36,845 nucleotides of DNA from a virus (lineage: Duplodnaviria > Caudoviricetes), in IMG/VR virus record IMGVR_UViG_3300037991_000495, positions 1 to 36,845 of that record, one strand, 5' to 3'. Below are positions 36,801-36,845 of the stretch, one piece after another. Position numbers and translations under genes: made by a program. Every line of letters begins with the position of its first letter. The first letter of the stretch is position 1. The notes under the pieces were generated by a model. The model was not told the DNA's origin, did not search any database, and was given only the letters and a program-made list of their open reading frames with translations.

Positions 36801-36845
36801 CGGATGCTGGTGCAAGTGCTGCACCCTCCTTACAGCTTTACCGCA
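33827..36845 (+). CDS. Tail fibre protein 2 (>1000 aa, runs off the window end; absent from the ORF track because it has no stop)
   Basis: ATG at 33827, MTVSAGSATYKLYTGDGSTHVFAYTFRIF...FPAESHEDALDKLT; open to the end; shares modules with 2..2707. Confidence 0.88.
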   Translation, partial: MTVSAGSATYKLYTGDGSTHVFAYTFRIFKETELLVLIRNNTTGAIHIATDNARSGSYDPDTHVGGQGLNTAYILSGVDSASGGNVTFKYDTGSPSDAHYSGTDYRPQSGESVIIIRLPTVSQETDYVVGGAFPAESHEDALDKLTFHVQRLEDKVNKSIQRSEADTGVVGSSIDKSLSVLPDHATLKGKVLSFNSSTGATEATISAADVTLLTSSQTLTNKSLSAPILSGSSSSAGSILFKEDTDNGTNAVTLIGPASTADITITLPANAGTIALTSDIPTSGISSGNIATFTSGVVDDDFLRINGTAVEGRSASEVLSDIGAQASLTFGIGDANAVKIDSASVADDEYARFTSSGLESRSTSEVLSDIGAISTSSTDTLTNKTLTSAVLNDTISGTSIKDEDNMASDSASHLATQQSIKAYVDTQVATVPTGDITAVTAGTGLSGGGSSGDVTLNVDTGISNGQIAAFTSGAVDNDFLRIDGTAIEGRSASEVLSDIAAMPLAGGTFTGDVTLLSTDAGAGTSPIIKLHRQSVSPADGDNIGSVQYIARNDADEDIVYGEIRGDAADVSDGTEDGKIFVYIKDGGSDRLVTEFTSYGVQFHENVNIQSGKTLRFEGATADDYEITLTVADPQDSDKTITLPDATGTVLLTDGSGASLTSLNASELGSGTVPNARLDAQLQDVAGLAVTNGNFIVGDGSNFVAESGATARTSLGLGTIATQAADSVNIDGGAIDAVTLGTNSAVTEAQIDNINIDGNTISITNTNGNIGITPNGTGDVHLNTDNVRIGDLNADASITTRGTGDLTLNTNGGTNSGSIVIADGANGNISITPDGTGVLDVISTDDGSSIGPKLHLYRNSASPADFDDLGALYFTGNDDAGNRQEYAFIRGDAADVSSGSEDAAIRYFTNVGGSTVEHMQHSFGTTTIYGRIYLASNAIHSDPHIRFEGSSANNFETDLKVTDPTADRTITFPDATGEVVTKDSSDVVTITSTDAGASAAPSLQLYR

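Overview
This window is a near-complete, circularly permuted genome of a tailed (podovirus-type) bacteriophage. It is probably marine, and AGAAAGGA ribosome-binding sites suggest an alphaproteobacterial host (inference). The rightward late block carries T7-like morphogenesis genes: terS, terL, an HlyC-like acyltransferase, portal, scaffold, major capsid, tail tubular A/B, internal virion proteins, two modular tail fibres, a fibre chaperone and a lysis cassette. It runs from 13710 through the window end and resumes at 1-5414. Two leftward operons (5430-9194 recombination/replication; 10672-13290 early accessory genes) flank a short rightward operon (9282-10463). No DNA polymerase, primase, helicase, RNA polymerase or integrase is recognisable. 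The most striking signal is an RNA-level control system in the early operon. Six gene starts share the extended RBS AAAGGATCAG (five exact, one with a single mismatch). A seventh copy sits in the loop of an intergenic hairpin that, read on the opposite strand, is a candidate small RNA displaying the exact antisense of all six RBSs. The same transcript contains a complete type II hammerhead ribozyme. Further structured or non-coding elements occur at 9628-9757, 10469-10690 and 19491-19582. Both contig ends fall on exact repeats inside the tail-fibre gene(s). All protein family calls are from motif recognition, not database searches.
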